From positions 60,173 through 124,172 of the forward strand of contig JBEIQS010000002.1 of assembly GCA_040376425.1 (NCBI GenBank): a DNA stretch of 64,000 nucleotides, in the 5' to 3' direction. Position 1 is the stretch's first letter, and each line of letters opens with the position of its first letter. This DNA is from Alphaproteobacteria bacterium. Its GTDB lineage: Bacteria; Myxococcota_A; UBA796; SXON01. The translations under genes were made by a program, and so were the position numbers. Below the pieces are notes generated by a model. The model worked only from the letters and a program-made list of their open reading frames with translations. It was not told the DNA's origin and ran no database searches. Shown here piece after piece: positions 34,404 through 43,553 of the stretch.

Positions 34404-37400
34404 TCAGTCGCGCAGGGGCAGAACCACCGCGGATCCATTGCCCAGCCGGGCCCAGATCTCGGGGTCGTACATGGCCTCCGCAGTTGCGCCCGGCAACACA
34501 AAGCTGCCTGCGGTCACCGCGCGGACCTGGTAGACCACATCCACCGTGCCCCGGCTCTGCACGGTGCCGAACATCTCCACGCGGTCGTCACGCACGTTCA
34601 TATGGTCCACCGCCCACAGCTCCTCCGCCTCCTGCCAGTCGGGCATCCCACCCCGACCCAGGCGGGGGTTCTCGATCTCCCAGCCTGCGGGCACGCGGTC
34701 CACCAGGGCAATGTTGTCCATGGTCATGGCGGTGGTGTTGGTCAGCTCCAGCTTGACATAGATCAGGTCGCCCAAGCGGGGCTGTCCGGAGAGCGGCTCG
34801 CCATCGGGCCGGTGGTAGCTGCGCGTGACCTGGAGTCCCTCTCCGCCGGTGGGCCGGTCGTCCACCTTCAAGGTGCCCTCCATGGTGCTGACCAGGTACA
34901 GCTTCCCACCCAGGTTGTCGTTCACCTGCATGCTCAGGTCGTCGGCATTGCTGCCACGCTCCACCTGCCAGGTGGCGTTGTTGCCCTTGGTCTGACCGGG
35001 CTTCAACGTGGCACCATCGCGGCTGACAACCGGTGCCTTGAAGCCGGTGGGGGCCTTGCCCACGGACTTGCCGAGGCCGGTGATCGCCCAGGCCAGCTCC
35101 TGAGTGGTGTAGCCCCAGTCGGGCAGGCGCATCAGCGCCGAGCCCACCGCGTCTGCCATGGCGTCGCCCGCCGGGTCGTCGCCGAAGAGGTCGCGGAACA
35201 TGGACAGGCGCATCCCGCGCTCGCGCAGGTCGGAGTAGAAATTCCACCCATTGTAGCGACGCATCAGAATGGCCGAGCTGTCCGGCTTCCGCAGCTCGGT
35301 CTGGTAGCGCCGATCGCCCCCCAGGTACATCGCAGCCTTCAGCACCATGTCGGTCTCGTTCGCCCAGTAGAAGGAGCCGTTCACCCGCTCCAGCATGGCC
35401 GCTGCCTGCGCCGGACGCCCTTTTCCGCCCAATGCAAGTACATAGTGGGCGTATGCGCTCTCGCTGGTTCCCGCGAGGCTGTTGCTCTCGGTGACCCGCT
35501 CCAGGTAGGTCAGCGCATCGGCCAGGGCTTCTTCGTTCACCGGATAGCCCGCCTTCTTCGCATCCAATAGTGTGTGGGTGGCGTAGGCACTGCCCCAGGC
35601 AGCCGGCTCAGAGCCGCCCGGCCAGTAGGAGAAGCCACCGGAGGGGGTCTGCATCGACAGCAGGCGCTCCACCCCACGCTGGACCAGATCTTCCAGCTTG
35701 TCCTTCTTCTCCGGTCGAATGCTGTCCATCAGCTCGCCGATGTACAGGAGCGGCCGGGTGGAGGAGGAGGTCTGCTCGATGCAGCCGTAGGGGTAGCGGA
35801 TCAGGTACTCCATCCGCTTCAAGGCAGGTGCGTAGGGGTTGGTGGTCACCCAGAAGCTGGTGGAGTCGGTGCCAGGAATGAAGGCAGAAAGCTGATCCTT
35901 CAGGTTGGTGACCCCGGCGGGCAGGGCGATGCGGCGGACCTCCCGAGCCGGGGGGCGGGGAGGCTGCAGCGGAATCTCCAGCTCCTCGTGCGACTCCAGG
36001 TTGCCGGCCTTGGCCACCACACGCAGGCGGGCTCCGCCGGTGGCCGCCAGACCCTTCATGTGGAAATAGACCGATCCTCCCTCATCTTTCCCCAACTTCA
36101 GGCTGCCACCGCCGGTGATCTCCACCGGGTTCTTGGCACCCGCAATGCCCTCCACCTCTACCTTCACCGTCACATTCTGCGGGGAACCGGACATATTCGT
36201 GATGCGCACCGGCACATCGGCCTCGTCCCCCATCAGGAGGAAGCGCGGAAGGGTGGTCTGAAGCACCAAGGGCTCGCGTACCTTCACCTTGGCCGAGGCC
36301 CGACCCACCTTGCTGCGGCCGGTCGCTACCGCCATCACCCGCAGCTCGCCACGATAGCCAGGAACATCCAGGCTCACCGATGCCTTTCCATCGGGGCCCA
36401 CCTGCACCGGACCGGACCAGAGCGCCACCGGCTTCACCATCTGCACGCGGCCTCCCGCCCCTGCGGCGTCACCGCCGGTCTGTTTGCCGGAGCTGCCCGG
36501 CGCAAAGAGAAGGGTCCAGCCGATGGTCTCGTAGCCGCTCACCCCCAGGGCCCGGCGGGCAAAGAGGTCTCTGTTGGGATCGGGGTCCTGGAATTTTGTC
36601 AATGACAAAATCCCCTCGTCCACCGCCGCCACCGTGACCCAAGTGGGCTCGGTGGTGGCACCCAGATCCAGATCCACCTTCAGCGGCGAATAGGGCCGGA
36701 TCTCCGCAGGAACCGAAAGCTTCAGCTCAGAGGTGAAGGCGGTGGGCTCCACCCGCACCGACTTCACCCCGAAGGCGCGGTCGGGCAGGAAGGCCTGGGC
36801 GGACTCCATGTGCGGGTCCTTCACCACCAGCGCGCCCACGTACAGGTTGGGCGCAAAGGAGGTGACCGTGAATTCCCAGGTATTTTCGCCGGGCTTCACG
36901 TCCTTCCAGGCGTACTGCTGCACGCTGTCGGTCTCTACCGTGTACAGCACCCGCCCCGCAAAGGGCGCGTTGATCTTCACGGGAACCGTATCGCCCACCT
37001 TCACATTGTCGGGGAGCTGCACCGCAAGCGACTTGGGGGCCTCGGGACGGGGGGTTTCATCCACGGACATGTCGAAGTCCCACCACCACCAGCGCATGCC
37101 TCCGGGCAGGTAGTACTCCGTGTGCGCCTTGCCGCTGTCCACCACAACCAGCCAGCCGGAGCCGCGGTTTCCGGGGGTCAGGTCCAGGGTGAAGCTGCCG
37201 TCCGCCGCACTGACCACTTCCTGCTCGCTCTCTTTGGACCGACGCAGATAGCGCCGGTAGGTGCTGCGATAGCGCTCCGCATCCCAGGTCCAGACACTCT
37301 CCTCCTGGAGCTGGAGCACCTGCACGGACAGCTTCTTCTGGCCGGATTGGGGCTTGCCCTCCCAGTCCACCACCTTGCCCTCGAAGCGCACGGGGGTGCC

Positions 37401-40043
37401 GGACTCGGCGCGCTCGGCGGAGGTCTTCAGGCCGATATAGAACTTTTCGGGGTGTACGGGCACTTCTGCGGTCGCTACGGTGCTGCGGCCGCTGTCCCCC
37501 TCAAACACGGAGGTCTGAGCGATCAGCACCGAGGGAGTGGCCAACCCGGCCAGAGCTCGCGTGGTAGGGCAGGAAAGTGTTCCTTGCCCCAGCATATCCA
37601 GCTCGCCATCCACCTGGCCCAGGCTCAACAGTCGGCTGTTGTCGTCCCCCGACAAGGAAGCCGGACCAAAGCGGAAGCCCTCCAGGCCGGGCGGATCGAA
37701 GGGGCGGGGCTCCACCCGGCAGTCCAACTGGTAGCGGCTGCCATCGGCGGGCGCCCCAAAGAGCCAGGCCGCGTCCACCTGCACGTCCATCGCATCCGTG
37801 GGCAGGTAGGCCGCTTTTTTGGCCTTGGCGCTGGCGCGCATGCGCTCCGGCACAAACTCCTCCACCTGGAAGGAGAGCGAGCCGATGGAGCGCTTGGCCA
37901 CCTCCAGGCTCACCGTCCACCGACCGGTGGTGGCGGAGTCCGAGAAGGGCATATCCCAGTTGAGCAGGCCTGCCGCATTCACATTCAGCACTTTCTGCCG
38001 CACGATTTTCCCTTGCGGATCGCGAAGCAGGGCCATCACCGGCACCGACTCGGCCGGGGCAGAGTTCTGCTCGTCGCGCACCACCGCCGAGAGGTGGGCG
38101 GTGTCTCCCGGGCGATAGACGCCGCGATCCAGGTAGGGGGCCGCCCGGTAGGGCTGCTCGGTCTGGTAGGGCAGGCCGCCCACATCGCCCTCGATGGGGA
38201 TCTGCAGGTCGGCGAACTTCAGGTAGGTCAGGTCGCTCCCCTTCTTCGCCACCACGGCCATCGGCGCGCTGGTGTCGGCTTCGTCCTGCTTCACCTCCAC
38301 CTTGCAGTGGCCGTCTGAAGCCGTGGAGCAGGTGCCCAGGACAAAGCCCGAAGGCCGCACCAGCTTGATGTCCACCCCGCCGATGGGCTGGTTGTCGTGT
38401 ACGTCGATGGCCCAGACATCCACCCCCGGGGTCACCTTGTCCTTGGGCCCGGTGCCCGAAGTCTTGGCCAGCAGGTGCATGTCGGTGCGGAGCAGGCGCG
38501 CGGTGGCCTCGGCGGAGGCCTGCTGCCAGTCGTCGGAGGAGGGGGTGCGGCGGCCGGTGTCCTCGTTCTCCTCCTCGGCCTCCTCCCCCTCCGCGGCAGG
38601 CTTGCTGGGGTTGACCTTGATCAACTGAAGCTCATAGACGCCGTTGCCCACGTCCGGGACCAGCGAGGCCACGTCCACAAAGGAGGTGGTCGTGGTGTCC
38701 AAGGGGGCCGCCAGCGGAAATTCTGTATCCAACACTACATTCGAGCTGCGCTCGTCGGCGCGCTCCTGGCCGGACATCCAGAAGACCAGGTTGGCCTCGG
38801 GAATGTGGCGCACGCGCAGGCGCACGCGCTCCACGTTGGTGTGGACCACCGGCAGGTTGCGCCAGGCCGAGCGCGGAAGGTAGCGGCCGGAGGAGGCGAA
38901 CTGCAGCTTGGGCGTCCGGTGGGGGATGTCGAGCTGCGCCTCGTGGCGGCGCACCAGGCTGCCGCCGTCCTCGGTGATGGCGCCCCCGTCGATGGTGGCC
39001 TGGTAGGAGGTGCCCGGCATGAAGTCGCCAAAGATGCGGAAGCCCGCCTCGCCCGGCGCCATGCTCAGATTCTCGACGGCAGGGGAGAAGTGGACGGCAG
39101 ACTTGAGCATGTCCGCATCCAACACACAGCGGGTGGAGACCTTGTACTCCTCCCAGGACTGCCGGTCGTACCACCAGGTCTTCTCGGGAACCGCGTCGTC
39201 ATCGCAGATCACATCCAGGTAGAAGCCGTTGGCACCTTCGCGGGCCCGAACGGCCTTGATCACCATGGGGTGCTGCCCGAACTCCAGGGTCAGCGACGCC
39301 GTACTACGGGGAGCGCGGACATTGCCGCCGCTCATGCCCACCTCGGGCACCTTGATCTGGACCTGAACCGGTACGGGAGCTTCCTGGCCGAAGATCGAGT
39401 CGTTGATCTCGACGATCACCTCGTAGGGGTTGCTGCCCGGTCCCACCTTGCCCGTGGTGGGGATCCCATCCAGGGTCAGCGGCAGCTCGGCGGGCAGGTC
39501 CGCAGGGGCGCCCGCCCAGGACAGGGCCACCTTCACCATGCGCTGCTTCTTCTCCCAGGCCACCATCTTGGCATTCAGGAATTGGAACACCGGGGTGCGG
39601 AATTGGTGAGACCAGCCCGGGCCCTCCGGAGGCTTGAGGGGCTTGACCTCGGTGTCCTTGCTCACCACCGACTTCAGGGTGACGGTATAGGGAGTATTCG
39701 GCTTAAAAGCCTCGGTAGGCCGGAACACCAGGGTCCAGCGGTCCTGTACCGTCAGGCTGCCTTCCACCGCGGGACTGATCTCCAGAACAGTGCCTTCGGG
39801 AGGCGCATTCCCCACCTCTGCGGCCCCAAACATGGGGGTGCGGGAGCTGACCACCAGCGCCTCGGGCAGGGAGTCTGCAGGGCCACGCACGCGAATCGCC
39901 AGGTCTACACCCGGAGCAAGGTCGGTTTCAAACTGGCTTTCCGCAGGAGTGCTGCTGGATGCCTCTGGGCCGGAGGAGGAGAAAGACGGGACTTGCTCTG
40001 CAAGCTTGGAGCAACCGAGGGTCAACACGAGGAGGCTGTACAT
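34404..40043 (-). CDS. Bacterial alpha-2-macroglobulin (YfhM-like) lipoprotein with thioester
   Basis: Trimmed to ATG 40043 (lipobox LTLGCS). About 1880 aa, with the thioester motif YPYGCIEQTSS. Confidence 0.9.
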   Translation of the reverse strand: MYSLLVLTLGCSKLAEQVPSFSSSGPEASSSTPAESQFETDLAPGVDLAIRVRGPADSLPEALVVSSRTPMFGAAEVGNAPPEGTVLEISPAVEGSLTVQDRWTLVFRPTEAFKPNTPYTVTLKSVVSKDTEVKPLKPPEGPGWSHQFRTPVFQFLNAKMVAWEKKQRMVKVALSWAGAPADLPAELPLTLDGIPTTGKVGPGSNPYEVIVEINDSIFGQEAPVPVQVQIKVPEVGMSGGNVRAPRSTASLTLEFGQHPMVIKAVRAREGANGFYLDVICDDDAVPEKTWWYDRQSWEEYKVSTRCVLDADMLKSAVHFSPAVENLSMAPGEAGFRIFGDFMPGTSYQATIDGGAITEDGGSLVRRHEAQLDIPHRTPKLQFASSGRYLPRSAWRNLPVVHTNVERVRLRVRHIPEANLVFWMSGQERADERSSNVVLDTEFPLAAPLDTTTTSFVDVASLVPDVGNGVYELQLIKVNPSKPAAEGEEAEEENEDTGRRTPSSDDWQQASAEATARLLRTDMHLLAKTSGTGPKDKVTPGVDVWAIDVHDNQPIGGVDIKLVRPSGFVLGTCSTASDGHCKVEVKQDEADTSAPMAVVAKKGSDLTYLKFADLQIPIEGDVGGLPYQTEQPYRAAPYLDRGVYRPGDTAHLSAVVRDEQNSAPAESVPVMALLRDPQGKIVRQKVLNVNAAGLLNWDMPFSDSATTGRWTVSLEVAKRSIGSLSFQVEEFVPERMRASAKAKKAAYLPTDAMDVQVDAAWLFGAPADGSRYQLDCRVEPRPFDPPGLEGFRFGPASLSGDDNSRLLSLGQVDGELDMLGQGTLSCPTTRALAGLATPSVLIAQTSVFEGDSGRSTVATAEVPVHPEKFYIGLKTSAERAESGTPVRFEGKVVDWEGKPQSGQKKLSVQVLQLQEESVWTWDAERYRSTYRRYLRRSKESEQEVVSAADGSFTLDLTPGNRGSGWLVVVDSGKAHTEYYLPGGMRWWWWDFDMSVDETPRPEAPKSLAVQLPDNVKVGDTVPVKINAPFAGRVLYTVETDSVQQYAWKDVKPGENTWEFTVTSFAPNLYVGALVVKDPHMESAQAFLPDRAFGVKSVRVEPTAFTSELKLSVPAEIRPYSPLKVDLDLGATTEPTWVTVAAVDEGILSLTKFQDPDPNRDLFARRALGVSGYETIGWTLLFAPGSSGKQTGGDAAGAGGRVQMVKPVALWSGPVQVGPDGKASVSLDVPGYRGELRVMAVATGRSKVGRASAKVKVREPLVLQTTLPRFLLMGDEADVPVRITNMSGSPQNVTVKVEVEGIAGAKNPVEITGGGSLKLGKDEGGSVYFHMKGLAATGGARLRVVAKAGNLESHEELEIPLQPPRPPAREVRRIALPAGVTNLKDQLSAFIPGTDSTSFWVTTNPYAPALKRMEYLIRYPYGCIEQTSSSTRPLLYIGELMDSIRPEKKDKLEDLVQRGVERLLSMQTPSGGFSYWPGGSEPAAWGSAYATHTLLDAKKAGYPVNEEALADALTYLERVTESNSLAGTSESAYAHYVLALGGKGRPAQAAAMLERVNGSFYWANETDMVLKAAMYLGGDRRYQTELRKPDSSAILMRRYNGWNFYSDLRERGMRLSMFRDLFGDDPAGDAMADAVGSALMRLPDWGYTTQELAWAITGLGKSVGKAPTGFKAPVVSRDGATLKPGQTKGNNATWQVERGSNADDLSMQVNDNLGGKLYLVSTMEGTLKVDDRPTGGEGLQVTRSYHRPDGEPLSGQPRLGDLIYVKLELTNTTAMTMDNIALVDRVPAGWEIENPRLGRGGMPDWQEAEELWAVDHMNVRDDRVEMFGTVQSRGTVDVVYQVRAVTAGSFVLPGATAEAMYDPEIWARLGNGSAVVLPLRD

Positions 40044-40245
40044 GGTCTTCCTTAAAGGGGGGATGGCCCCGAGCACAGGTCTTAGCAAGAGCCGTGCCGA
40101 AGGGCACGCCTATTTTGATGGGAGGAATTCGTTGCTTCCCGCGCCGAGTCGGCCGACACTCTCTACGATTAATAGATCGAATTCTATCAGTCCCGCCCCG
40201 GTCGCCCACCGCGGCGAAGGGGATATACTGTGGGCGGGAGTGGCA

Positions 40246-41898
40246 ATGGTCCGCGACGAGACTGCGATCTACATCCATGTGGCACCTGAGTTCGGCGGGG
40301 GAAAGCTGGGGCCCTTCCCGGACATGGAAGTGCGCTTCGGAAGCGACAAGGGTCGGGTGCATGTGCATGTTCCCGAGGATTTCGGCGTGGCCAAGGAGCA
40401 CGCCAAGATCATCCGGCAGATGGAAGGCTCGCTGATCCTGTCGCCCGTGGAACGCACCGCGGCCGTTTTTGTGTGGAAGGGAGATGCACGCCGCCCCACT
40501 CAGGTGCTGACCCCCACCGCCATTCGGCATGGTGACTCCTTCGCGCTGGTGAATGCAGAGGGGCCGAAGTTCATCGTAGAGCTTGGGAAGATGCCGGTCG
40601 ACCCCCGCAAGGGCACCGACACCCGCTCCATGATGCGCAAACGTTTTACGGTCGCGGGCTTCTTCGCCGAAGTGCAGCGCGTGATCATGGCCACCCTGTA
40701 CACCTTCTCCCCCGTCGCTATGGCGGCGCGGGCGAAGATGTTGTGGGAGTCCGGCTACATCTTCACCCCGCGCTTCATCGTGAGTGCGCTGCTGCTCCTC
40801 TCTGGCTATCTGATGATGGCCCCCACAGGCTGTTATGCGCTTCGATCCCGGAGCTTGCTGGGGAAGAGCGACGAGACGCTCAAAAACTGTCGCGCCCAGT
40901 TGGATGCGCTGGGAGGGGTGGCCGGCACCGACGCCATGGATCTGCCGCCGCGAAAGCTGATCGGCTCGATCATGACCGACACGCGGCTGCTGGCCCTGCT
41001 GGAAAAAGACAGCGACTTCTACGCGAAGGTGAAGGGCCGCGCCCGAAACCTGATCGGCAACTCCTCCGAATATGAATGGTTGTACAAGGAGAACAGCTCC
41101 GAGGCCGTTGCATTCGGGCGCTGGCGGGAGGCCGTGGCGAAGACGGAGGGGCTCGACAACAGCACGCAGAAGTTGGTGCCCTACTTGGCCGCAATTCCCA
41201 ACCTTGGAAATGGGGACTTCGGGCCCGTGCTGGACTCGCAGGAGGAGTACGTCTGTGGGCGCGGCCCCCTGCGGCTGACCTGGCGACAGGCCAAGGCCTT
41301 GGGCATGGATGCGGCCCTGGATGCCTACGTCACCGGCGATCTGTCGCCCACCCAGGACGAGCTGAAGCGCTCCGACCTCCTGAAAAAAACCGCCACAACC
41401 GCGCAAAATCCCGGCATCCTTGGCGATCCGGCGGTGCTCCTCCCCAGCGAGGCCAAAGACCTGCTGGCCGGGCAGTCCTCCTGTGTGGTCGAGCTGGCCG
41501 GAGACGACCGCGAGGATATTCCCGCGTTGAAGAAGATGTTGGCGGACCAGCTTGGCACCAACGCCGGGGGACTGCCCGACGGGGAGAACAGCATCGGCGC
41601 CGGTCCAGCCCGCATTGCCCGCTATTTTGCAGCGGATGTGCCGCTGATCCACTTTGGCGGCGGCCTAGGGACCCAGATCAATTTCAACAAGCCCACCCTC
41701 AGCGACGCGCTGGATGGGGTGCCCAAGAGCAGTTGGATGTTGGATCGCACCGCGGAAGTGGTGGCGAGGGCCGTGGTGTTGCCCTGCGTGGCGGCGCTTA
41801 CCCCCAAAGACCAGCATCCCCGCCTCGAAAAGGTCTTCGGGACGCTGCCCAACCCCGTGATGTGCCTGGTGCTGAACTACAAGCTGGCCAACGAGTAG
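40246..41898 (+). CDS. FHA-like domain membrane protein
   Basis: Trimmed to ATG 40246; the 702-aa ORF would overlap the A2M gene. The N-terminal 115 aa follow an FHA-like pattern (VRFGSD...GVAKEHAKI...GSLILSP...IRHGDSFAL...FIVE), followed by 2 TM helices and an unassigned domain of about 350 aa. Confidence 0.45.
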   Translation: MVRDETAIYIHVAPEFGGGKLGPFPDMEVRFGSDKGRVHVHVPEDFGVAKEHAKIIRQMEGSLILSPVERTAAVFVWKGDARRPTQVLTPTAIRHGDSFALVNAEGPKFIVELGKMPVDPRKGTDTRSMMRKRFTVAGFFAEVQRVIMATLYTFSPVAMAARAKMLWESGYIFTPRFIVSALLLLSGYLMMAPTGCYALRSRSLLGKSDETLKNCRAQLDALGGVAGTDAMDLPPRKLIGSIMTDTRLLALLEKDSDFYAKVKGRARNLIGNSSEYEWLYKENSSEAVAFGRWREAVAKTEGLDNSTQKLVPYLAAIPNLGNGDFGPVLDSQEEYVCGRGPLRLTWRQAKALGMDAALDAYVTGDLSPTQDELKRSDLLKKTATTAQNPGILGDPAVLLPSEAKDLLAGQSSCVVELAGDDREDIPALKKMLADQLGTNAGGLPDGENSIGAGPARIARYFAADVPLIHFGGGLGTQINFNKPTLSDALDGVPKSSWMLDRTAEVVARAVVLPCVAALTPKDQHPRLEKVFGTLPNPVMCLVLNYKLANE

Positions 41899-41902
41899 GC
41901 CC

Positions 41903-43039
41903 ATGGCGCTCCGCTTCGCGGACTACCGCAAACGGATGGAAAAGGCCGCTACTGCATGGATTTCCGGCCGAAATCTATTGACAGGTCAAGCCCCCTACAT
42001 CCTGAAAGACCACACTCAGTGGCCGCAAAACCTGCTTGAACCGGGTCTTGCCGGAATGATTGAGGCGGAACGTACTCTTCGCGCGACCACCGGCGCGGGA
42101 TTTCCCCTCCACAAATACCTGCACCACGGGCTCTCCAGCCAGGCCATGTTGTTCAACCTGGTGTTGCCCCTGCAGCAGAAGGGGGACATCGACGCATGGA
42201 AGGGCGGCTTTGAGGCGGCGGGGATCCCCTGGCCCGGCCCGGATGCCACGGCGCGGCTGGAGGTGGAGGATCGCAGCCTGTTCAACGAAAATAGCGGCCA
42301 ACCCACCAGCTTTGATCTGGAGATCAGCGGACCCGGCGGTCCCAGCCTGTACATCGAAGCCAAGCTGGTGGAGCAGGAGTTCGGCGGATGCAGCCTGTTG
42401 GAGGGGGGAGACTGTGACGGCGAAAACCCGGCGAAGGACCATCAGAAGTGTGCCCTGGTCGGCCTGGGCAGGCGCTATTGGGAGAGACTGGACGCCCTCG
42501 GTTTTGACCTCTCCGCAGGTCCTATCTGCCCCTTTGGCAGCTACTACCAGTTCTATCGAGAGGCTGCCTACGCCCTGACCCGGGGAGGGCACTTTGTGCT
42601 ATTGGTCCACGACCAGAACCCCGCCTTCTGGAAAGATGGCGGAGAACGTGGCCTGTGGCCGCTGCTCCTCCGAACGGTCCCTCAACAGCATCGTAGCCGC
42701 CTGCACCGCCTCAGCCTCCAGCAGCTTGCGGAGGCACTGCGCCAGACCGGCCGCCACCCGTGGATCGACGAATTCTCCACCCGCTACGCCCTGAACGCTC
42801 CGGTATTGACAGGTCAAGCCCCTGAAGACGTCCTGGCGCTGCTTCCTCTGCCCACCGCCGCCGCCATCCGTCGACTGTGGGAAGATGTCGCCAAAGGGGG
42901 CCAAGAGGGTCGAACAGCACAGACACGCATCTCCAAACGGCTGGCCGGAGAAGGGATCTTCAAGGGAGATCCACGCTGGGAGCGTGTGATCGGGTATGGG
43001 CGGGGGTTGTACTATGGGGATGGAAGCGGTACGATCTGA
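41903..43039 (+). CDS. Hypothetical protein with PD-(D/E)xK nuclease-like motif
   Basis: FDLEISG...LYIEAKLVEQEFG fits a D...ExK arrangement. It starts 4 nt after the upstream stop. Family not recognised. Confidence 0.4.
   Translation: MALRFADYRKRMEKAATAWISGRNLLTGQAPYILKDHTQWPQNLLEPGLAGMIEAERTLRATTGAGFPLHKYLHHGLSSQAMLFNLVLPLQQKGDIDAWKGGFEAAGIPWPGPDATARLEVEDRSLFNENSGQPTSFDLEISGPGGPSLYIEAKLVEQEFGGCSLLEGGDCDGENPAKDHQKCALVGLGRRYWERLDALGFDLSAGPICPFGSYYQFYREAAYALTRGGHFVLLVHDQNPAFWKDGGERGLWPLLLRTVPQQHRSRLHRLSLQQLAEALRQTGRHPWIDEFSTRYALNAPVLTGQAPEDVLALLPLPTAAAIRRLWEDVAKGGQEGRTAQTRISKRLAGEGIFKGDPRWERVIGYGRGLYYGDGSGTI
41976..41994 (+). repeat. 19-nt exact direct repeat copy 1 (tattgacaggtcaagcccc), containing palindrome TTGAC-AG-GTCAA
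   Basis: Read directly. It encodes LLTGQAP. Confidence 0.85.
42804..42822 (+). repeat. 19-nt exact direct repeat copy 2 (tattgacaggtcaagcccc)
   Basis: Read directly. It lies 828 bp (276 codons) downstream of copy 1, in the same frame, and encodes VLTGQAP. Confidence 0.85.
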
Positions 43040-43041
43040 GC

Positions 43042-43467
43042 ATGCCCATTGTACTCCCTCCCTTTGACCGCAGCACCGGTGGCTGTTCCGCACCGGAGTT
43101 TCTGTCCAAGCTGCTTCCGGCCTTCACCCTCGCCAATGAAATCTGCCGCGAGTGCTGCGTCATTCACGACGAAATCTACTACTACGGCGGCACCCGTGAG
43201 GACCGGCGTGCGGCGGATCTGGCGCTGCAGAGCTGTATTGAGGGGCACGGCTTTCCCTCGGTAGCCGAGCAGTACTTTTTTGCTGTGCGACCTTTTGGCG
43301 GGCCGGAGCACCGCATCCCCAAGGTGAGCTGGGCCTTCGGCGGCTTGCGCTTTGTCTATGATACCGACCTGGTCCCCAACAGCCCAAGCCAAAAGGCACT
43401 TCGGGCACTCCAAAAGCGGGCGAAGGCCGAAAAAGATCTTCGAAAGGTTGGAAAAAAGCCAACCTGA
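43042..43467 (+). CDS. Small HD-motif protein (DUF1353-like / phospholipase-A2-like CCxxHDxxY motif)
   Basis: Trimmed to ATG 43042, 2 nt after the upstream stop. CRECCVIHDEIYYYGGTREDRRAADLAL...AVRPFGG is present. The family call is tentative. Confidence 0.35.
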   Translation: MPIVLPPFDRSTGGCSAPEFLSKLLPAFTLANEICRECCVIHDEIYYYGGTREDRRAADLALQSCIEGHGFPSVAEQYFFAVRPFGGPEHRIPKVSWAFGGLRFVYDTDLVPNSPSQKALRALQKRAKAEKDLRKVGKKPT

Positions 43468-43553
43468 CCGCTGCGCAAGCGGCCGTCGAAATTATCTGCA
43501 CACCCTTGCTTGTGGTCGCCGCCAGGATACCAACAAAAAGCGTGAGGTGTGCC

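Noticed and set aside
36593-36611. AT-rich 9-bp-arm palindrome attttgtca-a-tgacaaaat inside the alpha-2-macroglobulin gene
   Set aside because: It falls within a confidently coding region (encoding ...SLTKFQ... on the minus strand) and is a single isolated occurrence. It is most simply a coincidence of codon choice.
39790-40245. N-terminal extension of the FHA-like gene (702-aa ORF starting at 39790)
   Set aside because: The extension would overlap the 5' end of the alpha-2-macroglobulin gene on the other strand. It also translates into low-complexity sequence. ATG 40246 gives a sensible FHA-like N-terminus and a 200-bp divergent promoter region.
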